From positions 17,533,807 through 17,597,806 of the forward strand of contig NC_134031.1 of assembly GCF_964204645.1 (NCBI RefSeq): 64,000 nucleotides of DNA. Reading direction: 5' to 3'. Position numbers and translations under genes: made by a program. This document shows, in pieces, positions 1 through 13,415 of this stretch (position 1 is its first letter; the number at the start of each line of letters is the position of its first letter). A model generated the notes under the pieces. The model ran no database searches. It was not told the origin of the DNA and saw only the letters and a list, made by a program, of their open reading frames with translations. Origin of the DNA: Tubulanus polymorphus (lineage: Eukaryota; Animalia; Nemertea).

Positions 1-637
1 ACTGCTATAATAAATAATCTCTGTGTCTGTTTTTAAGTTCCGTCAACAAAGTTTTAAACATTTTCCGTCGTCAGTCTGGTTTTCGGTAAAAAAATGGTTT
101 TAGCTAAATGTTACAACGTCGAAAATGAACACATGATACTTTGATGAGAAAAATTCAGAAGTTAGTTCTGGCTACATTTTCACCATCTCAAAAATGGGTT
201 CATCAAGGGTGTATGATGGCTATTTTTATTCATTTAGCGTAGGCAGTAGCGAATTAGACATGAGATCGAGACCTTATAGATATAAGAAACACGTGCCTTT
301 AAACAAAAAGACTTCAAAGAATCAAATTTCAAAGAGTTTCTACATCACGGGAGACTTAGAACGGCTTTACGTCGTCGGCTTCACACACACTACATGTATA
401 TGCAATTTATTCATGATCGAAAAGAATCTACAAAGAATCCGCAAGAAGTCGAACTCGAAACGATTGAATACTGAAAGATTTGAAGAGATCTAGATTATCA
501 TATATCACGTCTATTAAAGCAAATATGTATAAATGTATTAGCATTAGCTCGTACGTCATTCAGTGTCCGATGCTTTTTCTTCGTCCACCAGCAAACATCA
601 CATGAACAATCGCGTCATCATGTCATTTGTCGAATAA

Positions 638-900
638 TAGCTCCAGGATCAGCCCGCCAACTTTAGGACTTAGGTCATGACTGAACAAGGGCTCTGAATT
701 TTAAGTTTCGCATACTTCACGTGCAAATGTTAACAGCACAATACTGCCAAAAATATTTCAAATAAACTGCCATTCATGTTTTAGAAATAATATAGGGAGA
801 AAAAATGATCGTGGTCTAGACACAATATTGGCTCTTTGAAGTCATTTGACTCAGGAGTCGGACTAAAATCCACGCCATGAAACTTTAGGTCCTGGAGCTA
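638..900. mobile_element. Small MITE-like element with 11-bp terminal inverted repeats
   Basis: TAGCTCCAGGA at 638 and its reverse complement TCCTGGAGCTA ending at 900; no coding capacity. Confidence 0.5.
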
Positions 901-3900
901 GATTTGCTTTGTTTTATGTTTAATAAGCTCAGATCAATTTCATATTTCGTTCAATGGCGAATGAATTCAATGCGGCTTATAGATACATCGCCTGGGGTTA
1001 CTCCAAGTTTCCTTTTAGCGGTGGATGGAAGGTGGTGAGATTTTTGCCGCCGTAAAAACCGTTACAATATTGTTTGTACACATCGATACCTAGTATACGC
1101 TGTGCGAGTCGGTTCTGTGTGACTCGATGTGCATTACGTCATCAATATTGGCGTTTCAAAATAACATTTAGAATTGTGAATTTTGGCGTTTATTTTGTAA
1201 CTAGATATCTCATAACTATATTTTTTTCATAACCGAGATATTTCATAATTTTATATTTGATGAATTTTGATAATCGTTTTTGAGAGGATGCGCACTACGT
1301 CAGCAACATACCGGGACTAGACTGGTTGCCGGTCAATTCAATAATCGATATTCAAGTTCAAAATAACTTGTATAATTGAACCTTTATACCATATCATTTA
1401 CACTATATCATTCATTGTCGACAACATTAAGCAATATATGTGTTATTTTTCAAGGCGTCAATAAACTTTCAAGTTAGTAGTTTTCTGGTTAGGTTATGAA
1501 TGAAAAGGAATGCCACGTCGCTCCTCAAACGTTGTACGGAGACACCCCCATTAATCCGTCGGAGTATTTTCAGATTGCGGGATGTGCTTACCGTTGTCAG
1601 ATGTCATTTTCAGTGCATCACGCGCGCATATCGCGGAAACTATGTGACTTTTTCGCCAATTTTCTATTGTCAATTGCCATCTGTCAATCTCGCATCGTAA
1701 CTGTCCACTAATGGATCGGGAAATACACAACAATCGTTTTCTTATCGGTTTTCTTCTGCATACCTGGTCAACACCTCGCGAATGCTCTCAATTGAATTCG
1801 TTGGCTTTTTAGCCAATTCCATCATCTTCTTGACAGGTGCGCGAATTCCGAATAACAACTCGTGAAAATGGAAAGAACGATCTTTTCGCGGTATATATGA
1901 TTGGAATTGATTATAGATACCGGTATCATATGAAATGATAGCTTAAACCTTTCGGGGGGGGGGGGGGGCATTCGAATGATCTCTTGTTTAATATCCAATG
2001 CTCAATGATACCACGCTAATGGACCAGAGACTTTCAGAATTCTGATCAGGCTATTTTTGCTGTCTAGTAACGTGTCATCTGTTCCGTTATGGCGGCTTTT
2101 AAACGACTGTCAGCGAAATTTGTATTTACCTGCTAGCTCACCGACGTCCGGAAGGCCGGCGAGTTGTTTCAGTTTTTATCGAGAAGTTTACTGGGTTGGC
2201 GATGCGAGTAGAATTTATAACCAGGGACAGCGTCTTAACGACGATCTTTATTCATTATTCGAGATGCAGATTAAACGTTTATCATCGACAAAACCTCAGC
2301 TTTGCGAGAGGTGTGTAACGGGGTTTCTTGTTTTACGTAGCTTTGTTGATAGTACAAAAGGGCGATTCTTTGGAATCACATGCAAAAAAATCTAACTTCA
2401 CAACAAATGTTCTCCGCGTCGAGAAGCGGCCATCTATTAGCATCTGTGTCAGCAACTACCTCGTCGAAGGTCCATATTTGGCGAGCGCTGAATCAACAAA
2501 CTATCACGGACCGTCGGTCTGCAATCGGCGGCAACCGTTTCAAAACGGCAGCATCGATCTCGGCTTTTCTTATTCCGAAAAGCGACTCAGGATTTCTGGA
2601 TGTGTGTGTAGTCATGATCAAATGTCAATGCTTACATAAGGTAGCGCTCGGAGCTGTCGGCTGCGAATGTCGGGCGAATTCGGGCGGAATAAGGCGCGGC
2701 GGCAAACACAACATCGCTACACGAGATGTAGCGATATCACCTAATTGGGATGAACAGCTATATATACATTGAATAATTGGCTGAAATGTAATCGGGCGTA
2801 AGTGGTTACACGAATTTCAGCGGTCTTAGGGAGGACACAACAGCGTCAAAACGCGCATCTGACATTCTTTTCGACTTCGACCGCATTGGAGACCACCACA
2901 TTTTGGTCGATGTTCAGACATCTCGATACAATTCACCGTCCGATCTGGAAAAAAAACTTGACGTGTCGATCAGGAAGAGAAAAACACTCATAGCCACTCG
3001 GCGTGAAGCTTTCATTCAATAATATCCATTACGACGGGTTTTTTTTCTTATTTAACTTTTTAGAAACGAAGGAAAAATACTCTGGCACTCATGCGTTTTT
3101 GTGCATGCATTCTTGCTTTGAAAATACGGACTATTTTCAACAGAAAATAATGCTTTGACAGAAGAAAGGACATTTGGGAGACATCGTACCCAAACGCTGA
3201 TATCTCGATAACTTCTATGGGAATTTGCTGTAGCGATTTGTCCCTCTTTTAGTGACGTCATAAACTGCTTATTGGCTATAATGTATCTACTTGACGAGTC
3301 CGAAATTACGACGTGACCTCTTTTTATTCTAAGCTTTATGAAGAAATGTTCTATTGAAGAAAAACCAATTTCTAGGATGATGCGCGTTATATAGCTGTGA
3401 CGACGAGTTCCAAGGCGTAACTTTCCTAATAGTATCTTCGTCAATAGTATAGGTCACGGTCTCGTGGTTCATCGAGGAGCGCTGCGCCGTTCCACGTGTA
3501 GAGGGGAACGAAGAAACCAAACGACTAATTGATCTGGTTTCGTGTCTTTGATGTTTATTCAAATAAACGGATCATTTGCGACGATTTCGTTTGAATAAAA
3601 TCTCGTCCTGTTTATCAGTTATTTCCACCGCGGGCGATGCAGTAACATATAAACCATATAATTTACTTTGTATAAAGGCTGATTTCGTTTCGTATAAGTA
3701 TCGAGTAAAACTTCGCTATGATTACTCTCAGTACACGTTTTTTTAGACGAGAAATATTTTCTAAATGAGACATTTCGTTTTTAAAATTACGCTGTATTAG
3801 ACAAGCCCGGTTACTCCTTGCCGGGTTCGCTTCGATCACGATAATCAAAAGGGGGTCTGGTCGCAAAAGTCGTATATTAAAGAAACTAATTCTAATAAGA

Positions 3901-4336
3901 CAGCGCGCTCCATAGCTACTGGCAACTGATAACCATCTGCCATAGTTCCCAAATATCGAACGCGGTTTAAGCGCACAAACCATGTTTTCACGGACATTAT
4001 CTAATCGAACATGAATTTTTGCCCAAAATCAAAGAAAAAGTATAAACGACCCAAACTTTTGTTCCCGATTTAGTAACCTAATGCATATATAGATGAAATT
4101 GTAATGATTCTAGCCCGCAGGCAAGTGTCTATTCGTACAGCCAATCATTGCATTCATTTCCAGACTGACGAAAAGTTTTAAACGAATTATAATTGAAATG
4201 AGTGCAGATTACTTCGTTTAATCGTTCCGCACAACTTCTATATTTTCTTTGTTTTGAATAAAGATAAGATGCATCATCCTCGCATGCTTTATGCAAGGAC
4301 GCACGCGAATGATTCGTTTTACATCGTTTTTTGTAG

Positions 4337-4479
4337 GTGACGAGGTGAATGCGTTCAAAGAGTACCTGGCCAGCGTTCAACAGCAGGGTTCCATGAACGA
4401 CTCAGACCACGTTTTACGGATGATAGCCTTCATACTGAAAGCTTACGAAGCGCACCGACAAGAGCAAGCCACCAGTTAG
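4337..4479 (+). CDS. Candidate terminal coding exon of an unidentified gene
   Basis: Pyrimidine tract + AG (tcgttttttgtag) ending at 4336, GC-richer open frame GDEVNAFKEYLASVQQQGSMNDSDHVLRMIAFILKAYEAHRQEQATS-stop, AATAAA at 4847-4852. Upstream exons not resolved; no family recognised. Confidence 0.35.
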
Positions 4480-4981
4480 AGAATTAGACGTCGTCAACGC
4501 GCGTATAACAGTCTAAGACTCATCAACGAAACGCTCAATATAACTTCGTTATGTGCATTTCCAACTTCCAGTCATCACCAAACTATATGTATAGATTTCA
4601 ATCCGAACTTTTTATCTATATATACGTAGATATATAGCTTCGTAATACCCCAAGATTCGCTATAGTAACCGAAATTCCCTATAGATATTGATGATGTCGA
4701 GAGTATGGGAATTTGCGCCTCGTCCTTCGCTATGTGGTGTTTTTAATAATCCCCTCAAAATTCCGCGTCAGTGCAGCGCTAATTACAATTCGCTTCATAT
4801 TGAAAATGATGTCGAAAAGGAAATTTGAAATGTATGCACATGAATGAATAAAGCACTTTTTATATTATGAAACGTTGTGTTTATCTTGTAGTCATTTCGC
4901 GTGTGTTCGTTGATGCGGAGCGCAACTCTCGATTGCTGTGAATTGCTTCGTCGTTTTTATATATATATACAATGACTTCAC

Positions 4982-5620
4982 CAGGGTGACCATTCTCAAT
5001 CCACTTTCAAATTCCATGTATTTTCCCGGAGAGAAAAGCAGATTTTTCCCTGTGTTCTGATGAATGGCGGTAGGAATGACCAGCGAGTTGTTATCTTGAA
5101 AGACCCAAGTTTAGTAAGCTAGTCCAATAACTATCAGCGACTATCAGCAGCTCTTTAATAAGTTTTGTCCGATGAAACGAGGATTGTAAAGCTGTAAAGT
5201 TCTGGGCTCAGTTTCACGAAAAAGTTTAAGCCTAAAAAAGTTAAGTTTGAATTGTTGTCCTCATTGAAAACATGAAGTAACCAATGACAATTACACCAAA
5301 AACTTGAGTTAAACCTTTTTGTGAAATTGGGCCCCAGGGGCCAGTTGCATAGTCACGGCTTAGACTTAAGACCAGTCTAAGACCAACTTAGCTCTATAGC
5401 TAATATAACAACTTAAGACCAGTCTTAAGATTTAAGACCACTTTTGGACTTAAGTCACGACTGTGCAACTGGCCCCAGATGACAGGCATGGAGATCGTGA
5501 AACACAATTCGCTATGAAAATGGGCGTGCAGAATAAACTCCATTTCCCTGTTTTATTAGATTCCCTGTGTTTTCCCCCGAAAGAAATAAGTTCCGTGTGT
5601 TGTAGAATTGTGGTCACCCT
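4982..5620. mobile_element. CAGGGTG-TIR (hAT-like) MITE containing two nested CWG-flanked MITEs
   Basis: AGGGTGACCA (4983) / TGGTCACCCT (5611-5620) outer TIRs. Inner palindromic elements at ~5202-5334 and 5338-5475, the latter with GGGCCAGTTGCA TIR and CAG duplication at 5335-37 and 5476-78. Confidence 0.65.
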
Positions 5621-6559
5621 CTTACACCTGTCAAGCCGCATAGATAGAAAAAAAAGAACCAACAATAATTCGAGGAAAATCTTAGGGCGGGTGATTTCCT
5701 GAGTGGCTTCAGTTGCTACGAGCTAATGTTTTCGAAACTTCTTCAAAATGTTGGCAATTAATTGTTCTGAACCGCTTGCTTCTGTCGACAAGATGAGACT
5801 ACGCGCACCTGCTGTAATGAAGACGAATCGTTTTTCGCAATTTAAACGAGAATATAAAACTTGACAGCAAAATGAAATTTCCTACATGAAAAATATCTCA
5901 TCAAACGGCCACGGTCTTCGTCGAAGCGCCGGATTTATACTCTTCCCAGAAAACCGAGAAACACAAAACCACAAATCAGAGTAAAGATAGATATATTTTG
6001 ATTTTTCGCTGATTAAAATGACTAAACTTTCTAACGACAATATCAGACGACTTTTACCAATGATATACAGTTACAGCTGATAATAATTCCTAGTCGGAAA
6101 ATTCGACTATGTTTTCAACGTCAGATAGAAAAAAAACAGCAGTATTTTAGAAGTTGATTGCATTTACGTAGAAACAATATTCATCGACTAAAAGGTCAAG
6201 TGCCCACTAATTCCTACTTTTTGAGATTTACCTTCCGAATGATACTTTAGTATATAAATAACGACTCTATTCAGAGGGCACTTGACCTTTAAATCAGATT
6301 CACATACAAAAAAAATTATCATCAATTGACATAACTTTCAACTGACTGGCAAAATGACTTTTAGATAGATAATCCTTAAGATGATTGATATAAAATTCAT
6401 TTTGGAGTCAAATATTTTAATTCTTTTGATTGCAAATTTTCTGATGTGTTGCTTACATAACTGCCTACTTTACAACGATAGCCCAGAGCACTATAGCAGA
6501 CAGACAGATGAGTTCTCGGCTTTCGTTTTATCTTAAAACGTCAAAGTATAAATTTCAAA

Positions 6560-6882
6560 TACAGTATACCTCGCCTAACTTGGACAAGCTGGCACTGGCA
6601 AAATTGGTCTAACGAGATACGGATATGAAAATACAGCCAACCCCCGATACACCGCCCACATCGGTGCAGAATGATTTTGGCAGTATAGAGGGTATGGCGG
6701 TATAACGGGGGCGTTTTACTATGTATTTGTATTGAGATTTACATTGAGAAAACCTGGCAGTAGGCGGGGTGATAGTAAATGGGAGGCAGTATATCAGTGT
6801 TTGACTGTATGTTACGTAGTCAGAAAAATTATTTCGTTTTTGTTCGAGTTGATCATGTCAGGTTAAGGCGAGCTTTACTGTA
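6560..6882. mobile_element. Tc1/mariner/pogo-type MITE (TA-CAGT...ACTG-TA) with a second similar element nested at ~6632-6810
   Basis: TACAGTATACCTCGCCTAAC at 6560 and GTTAAGGCGAGCTTTACTGTA at the right end; related copy at 61210-61378. Confidence 0.5.
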
Positions 6883-7586
6883 TCGTCAATTGTGAGATCG
6901 TTTATCAATGTAAGACTAGTTTAACTAATTGAAAAACTGGCATATGGATACATCAATTCAAGTATGAAAACACTGAACAATTGGTTATGGCTGGAGGCAT
7001 TAAAATGTAAGAATAACAATCATTTTGATTTAATACAAATATAAGCATTCTTAACACACGACAAAAATACAACTAGACCTAGACTGAACACAAAACTTTA
7101 AAAAAACATATGTACAAGAAAACACGTGTCAAACTAAAAACGTTTGACACAATACCGGGTACATGTATAACAAACATGATAAAATAACTGAATAAGTCAA
7201 AAATAAATTGAAACCTGGTTTCTCATTTCTGGCCACCTATCTACCCTGTACATTACTTTTTTTAAATCATGATCAAGCTACAAAAACACCCAGCAAGAAC
7301 TGATTACAAACTGCAATGCAGTTTACAAAGTTGACCCAGCTGATTACGAGAACCAAGGTATCATTTTTAGCCTTATATTCGTGGAATGGCAAAAAGAGCT
7401 TCTAAAACTGTGTAAAGGCGAAGTTTTGCGAAGATATGTACTATTAATTAACACGAACTAGACTAGTAGCAAAATGAACGACAAAATATTCGTGACGTTT
7501 ATCACCGTATTAAATGTTAAATCAAAGATATGTTTTAAAACACAATCGTTAAACGCAACCAGAAAAAAATCACCCTTGTTGCGTGG

Positions 7587-10500
7587 TTAAAATTCTTCAT
7601 GCATCACCTTCCCCTTATAACGCTTGCTCTCTGGCGGATGCTTCATTTGTTCGTTCAGATCTTTATTCAATTCGCGCCCGCGTTTCAGAATTTTCGACGG
7701 CAATTTCTGCATGACGACGCGCACCTGTTGCTCGGGCGAAATACGATCGAAATTCGGCGGCAGTCGGTCGCGCGGTAAGTTTCCAGCTTTGAAAATTTCT
7801 TCGAGTACGACCTTGAAATTGTTGACGTTCATGAACTGACTCGACACGGCAACTGTTTCTTCTACGTTGAACGCCTGAAATAGAAATCATTCCAAATTTT
7901 ACACGATCCAATAAAAGAGAGAACATTTAATATTCCAGCAAAAGTCAACTAAATCTACAGGAAGCATGTAGATTTAATTTCATTTTAAATTGAGAATATA
8001 CATAGTGAGTTTCAAACTTATATAATGAAAAAGTATTGTGTAAATGAGGCCAACATTTTAAAATGAATTCTTAAGAAACAAACTAATACATCGTAACTAG
8101 CTAGGTAACTATCATAACTTTATGATGACATTCTGTAACAATCTTTAAAATAGTTTAACGCTATCTTTTCACTGAAATCTGATGATGACGACGATGATGC
8201 AGAAAATATACCTGATGGTACCAGCCGGTTGGAATGAACAGCAATTCTCCGGGAAGTTGGTCGAATTCGATTGCCTTTGCTTTCTTGAACTTGCGATACT
8301 TATTAGGGTCAATAAAACCGAATGCATCAATCGGGCTGAAAATAGGAGACGATAAATGAATACAACACAACTGTCAAAACTACAGACATCACTTAACTTA
8401 AATCTTGGGTTGAAAATCCATTATAGCAAAAACATAGTGCCACTATGCCTGAAGAGGCCGGGAAATGTATCTCCCAATAAACGCGTTTGCAACAATGAAT
8501 ATATTTACACAATAGAAAATGATATTTGTACTGTTTTTACCATCAAGGATTATCACTAAACTTTATTCAAACACATTTACTGACTTAACTTCCCAAACAT
8601 GCCTTTTAAATTTCACAGTTCAATAATACCAACATTCTTTTACACAGAATTGCTGCATTCAGAATGCTGATGCATTAATTATATTGCTGAATTCGTGAAT
8701 CTACCCGCAAGTGGTGTACACTAGTACATACCTGTTGTATTTGTAACAGTCCAGAGGAAAATTAGACTTGCGCCCTTCTACTGGATAGAGGTATTCATCC
8801 TGTCCAGGTGGATATAACTGAAATAATACCAGCACACTGAGACATTTAATTTCACGGTAAACAAACGCAATTCATTTCACTTTTAAAATTGTTTACGCTA
8901 ACGGCTAATCGTTCAGAGAGCGAGTAGTACTCAATTTTCGTCTCCGTGGTGGAAAGAGGCAATGGAGGTAAGTGTCTTGCATAGGGACACAATTGTACTT
9001 CAAACCTACATCATCCACAATTGTATGCAGTGATCACGCAGAGATGTTTGGCTCGGGTTAAACTAGCCTGGATTTGACTGGAGTCAAATTTGGCCCGTGC
9101 TCGATTTGAAAGCACGTTTACACGTCAATTGCGCCCTCATTTGAATATAAACTGTGGCAAGTAACCACACAATAATATGATAGTACATACTAAAATTTGG
9201 CACTGACGTAGTTTGACATTTCTGGTCAGGCTCAATTTGGCCTGTGTGAAACAAGCAGGGACACATTTTGAGTGTGAACGATTGGTTCAGGCCAGATTTC
9301 ACCCAAGTCAAAAACGCTTGTGTGATTGTGGATAACTGTAGGGTCTCATCTGTGCCTTCAGGTAGAACATGTACATGGAACAAACGAAGGGCGGAGCCTT
9401 ATAGAATGGATAGACTAACCTTCCAGCGCTTGCGTCCCTTGAATACAGCGTTTGTGCCGGTCCAATTATAAGGGTCAATATGCAGTGATGACCTGGAGAA
9501 GGCAGTTCCCCACAGTAGCATCGCGTTCCAGGGACGGATATCTTTAGGAAACAACTCGAAATAGTCGTCCAACATATAAATCTACAAGTAGAAACGAACT
9601 ATTGAAAATCTTAAAATCAACATTTTCAGACATGAATGATTATTATTTTTTATTGATTTGATTGATAGCACTGAGTTAAGTTGAATAAGTCTACGACTTT
9701 TCTTATATTCATGAAAGATTCTTTAATCTTAAATTAATCAGGGTGACCACTTCTATTTGAATTGTTTTTCCCCTGACATTCCCTGACATGTAAATTGTTT
9801 TCTCTGATTCTGCTAAGAATCCAATCAATTAACACAGTCAAATACATAAGACGTAGGCAGAAAATGTTTGATTTAACATGTGATCTAGCAATCTCAACAA
9901 ATTTCCCCGACTTTCCCTGATTTCTACCTTAATTCTTACAAAAATTCCCTGACTTTTTTGAAATAAAGAAAATTCCCTGACTTTTCCCTGATTTCCTGGT
10001 GAGTGGCCACCCTGTTAATTATTTCATGTTGATTCTGATGATAATTAACTGATTGAAAATATGAAAATCGTTGACTCACAATTTGTCCCATATCGTTGTA
10101 TAATTCTCTTCGATTCGGCAAAAACAATTCATCTTCGATATACGTCCACGAGCTATTTCTGCCCTCTCCGGAATGTTGCAAGAACAATTTCATCGGCATC
10201 GCTAAACTCTCCGCTTTATCTAAATCACCCTTTAATTGAAAAGTACACAAACAAATGATATTTACCCAAAGAAAATGATACACAATCAATTCATAATGCA
10301 GTGGAATAAAATATCGGATTCCACTCAGAATATAACTGTGAGAATTGTTATGAACAAATTTGATGGTTCCAATGAGAAATTTCATTTCTCTGAAGGTATA
10401 TAAAAGTAAACCTACCGCTACTGCTTTGACAGCAATTCTCTCATCTCCATAATTATCCAAAAAGAACTTTTTATTCCATCGTTTAAATGCTTGCCATTTT

Positions 10501-12204
10501 GGCATGACATCTGTGACTATTACTGGCCTAAATTATTTAGAAAATGGAGTTATTAAGCACATTAGTATGATAGTATTAATTGAATTGCTGGGCTGCATTT
10601 TATATAATAATACAAATAATCTATTTTCTTTTATAGCGCACTCCTACAAATTGTAAACAGTAAGCTTTACAACGGTATCAAATGAATATGAGCTGATAAA
10701 AAAATAATTAACAACACTTGGAGAATAAATTATAAGCTAAAATCTACAGACTAAGACATAATTGCATAATATTCTAAGATAAATTGCAGTTATAAATTTT
10801 CATAAAAAAATAAGTTTTAAAATTCTTCTTAAAACTGCTGAACTTTGTCTAATACTTAAGGGCAGCCCAGTCACCTGTCATTGCATGCTTTGAGACTGGT
10901 TTAACTTTTTTCTTTTTAGAGTGATAACAAAAATACCGCTAAAAGCACAATTGAATCAGATTTTTAAAGTTCTAAATTGCCAATTCGACTTAAATATTTC
11001 AATACCATTTTCCATCATAAACATCGTTGAATTCTCGTAGAGATAATTTCTGTCGTTTATCGATGCCGTCCACGTTGTAAAGATATGTATATTTTCTCAT
11101 ATTCTCTTCGCGTGTTTTCAAAACTTCGTTGAAATCAAACACGTACGGCTCGTATGTGAAGTTGTTTCCATAGTTTTCGATTTTGTCAGCGGCAACCTGA
11201 TATAAAGAATTTACAGTTAGTTTATTTTGCTCAACAAAATTACATTGCGTAGAGCACAGAAAAAATTAAACAGTATCAATACTACATAAACATGTGTACG
11301 ATAAACATGAATCTCAATTATGAGATAGATGAAAGATGATATGAAAGTGGGCATGTGCCCTTCAAATCATAATGTCTGCGATGTCTAAATCTTAAATAAT
11401 TGTCTATTGAATACTAGACCTATACTAACAATTGAGGGAAATGCTTTTGAAGATTTTTCCTCAGCTGATAGTGAAAGTGAGGGGCAACATTTCTACATTT
11501 TTGGCCGCCCATTACGAAGACAGATGTCACGGAAAAGCGCTCTTAAACTAACGAAAATCTTTGCTTTTTCATAAGGCCTTTTTATGAACCAGCAAAATCG
11601 AAATAGATTAGCTATTTAGATTATATAGCCGATTAGTGTCAATTAGCATAACCTGGTATGTTGGTTGATAAAAACGCCAGGTAGAAATTATTCAATTATG
11701 GCCTACTCAGCAGCGACTTCTACCGAGAACACCATATCGGTTGGATTAGATAATCGGCATACTTGCTCGCCGAGCGAGTATGCTGAGTATGCTCATTGAT
11801 TATGATAACCAATGTTCATAAAAATGACGGATTATGACATAATCCATGCTCATAAAAACGTTTTGCATACTCGAATATACTAATCGAGTGTTCATAAAAA
11901 GGCCTATAGAATACCAAATTTCTACCTTAATCAAGATTGATATCGGTGGAATCAGGAAAAATCCGATAACCGCTACGATCAGAATAATCCAAGCTTTCAC
12001 GTATCGCTCTTTGCGAATCGCGCGAAGTTCTTCTTTTTCGGCCTCAGTTCGTTTGCGCTTTCGACCATTTGCGGGCATCTTGTTGGCAGCGTCGCTGGTG
12101 CCATCCCCGGCGCTGTTACCCGCCGATTGGTTTAATTTTCGACGTTTTTGTAATTCACGCTGGCGTATTCGTTCGTCACGATTTTGTTTCTTGATCTTTT
12201 GCAT
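7587..12204 (-). CDS. JmjC-domain 2-oxoglutarate/Fe(II) oxygenase (JMJD4/6/8-like) with N-terminal basic region and a transmembrane segment; 8 coding exons
   Basis: Exons ~12204-11926, 11196-11006, 10527-10416, 10229-10080, 9581-9420, 8817-8732, 8335-8212, 7874-7587 with GT-AG ends join in frame. Motifs RPVIVTDVMPKWQAFKRW, SSLHIDPYNWTGTNAVFKGRKRWKLYPP, QLPGELLFIPTGWYHQAFN give an intact HxD...H triad. Hydrophobic stretch AWIILIVAVIGFFLIPPISILIK. Confidence 0.88.
9739..10014. mobile_element. CAGGGTG(A/G)CCA-TIR MITE family member (hAT-like ends, internal TTCCCTGA repeats)
   Basis: CAGGGTGACCACT ... AGTGGCCACCCTG. Related or partial copies near 15000, 16868, 21330-21595, 24640-24788, 25940-26184 and 63225-63413. 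Confidence 0.65.
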
Positions 12205-13009
12205 GATTTTGAAAACCTAGGAAATGATGAATAAGTCATGAATTTTTCAATGCAGCCAAAAACACAAATAATGGATATTTACATCAGATAAGAAGTATTA
12301 CGATTAATCAAATAAATTGACCAAGATGAAACCTGTTCATTATAAATAATATGTTAGTTTTGTTGATTGGTTATTTTGGTTTGAAAACTAATTTACCTGG
12401 GAGAAAAGAAAAGGCAACATTTTGATGGAGTGCACCAATTCCAACAACTTGAGATTCTACTAGGTTACTGGTTAGTTCAGGCGGGTTAGTTCATTCAAAC
12501 AACTGATGCAAAAATGCAGTCATGCCTTGTTGGCTTTTTGTTCACTGAAAATTAGGGCATTTATCAAATTACGAATCTACCAACCTGAATAAGAATGAAA
12601 CATCTATCAAAATCAAAATGAGATAGGCCTATTGAATAATTTTGAAGCAGATGTAGATGGGCCGAAAAGGCTTTCTAAAGTCGATATGATCCATCAATAG
12701 ATGATGATGATGAAAGGGATTTTGGTCTCGGAATTTTGTCACCTATACTCTAGAACAACTTTGTGACATTTGTCAGTCAACAAAAAAGCAAAGCTTCTTG
12801 ATTGAATTTGAATTGATCTGATTGATTGATGATGATTTCATAGTTAACTCTAAATTTTTACTTCAAATCTAAATCTTAAGATGATTTGAGATATCAACCA
12901 AAGACTACATCAAACGAATCATTATGTTTACCGGGTGTGAAAGTTGGGTCTTCTTAATGAGAGGTTTAAATCGTAATTAAAAGTAATTTTTGGTAATTTT
13001 TCAAACGAT

Positions 13010-13415
13010 GACGGGCGCAGCCATGTTGAAACTTGTTGTCAATCCGGGCATTTTCAATTTTTGTAATTAATTTACTACCAATTTTTGATTCTACATGCCA
13101 AGTTAATTTTTCCGTTTTACAATTTTCTCCTACTTTCAACTTAAAATAGTCAAGGCAAATTCGAATTGCGTTGACGTGACGTCATATGGGTAATACCGGG
13201 CGCCGCCATCTTGTTATCAATCTTGGAAATTTTTCTCTAATAAATTCACCATACAATTTTGATTATCGATAATTTTTTTCCTTTCATACAATTTTCCGCC
13301 TCATCCCGAATTAAAATTGTTTACGCGCCTGTGACGTCATGGGTAATACAGGGCGCCGCCATCTTGAATTTTGTTTTCAATCCGGGTGTTTTCGCGACAC
13401 CCGTGACGTCACGAC
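13010..13415. promoter_or_regulatory. Probable bidirectional promoter of the JmjC gene and GIGYF with repeated CRE + YY1 modules
   Basis: TGACGTCA at 13177, 13332 and 13404; YY1-type CGCCATCTT near 13204 and 13357, degenerate GCCATGTT near 13020; CpG-rich segment between two divergent genes. Confidence 0.65.

Noticed and set aside
1954-1968. Poly-G run (also poly-C ~56678-56690 and poly-G ~56986-56997) as G-quadruplex elements
   Set aside because: Simple homopolymers with no supporting context.
3052-3983. Minus-strand ORFs of 130, 77 and 106 aa
   Set aside because: No ATG start or family motif in the first two, no coherent splice structure; likely chance ORFs.
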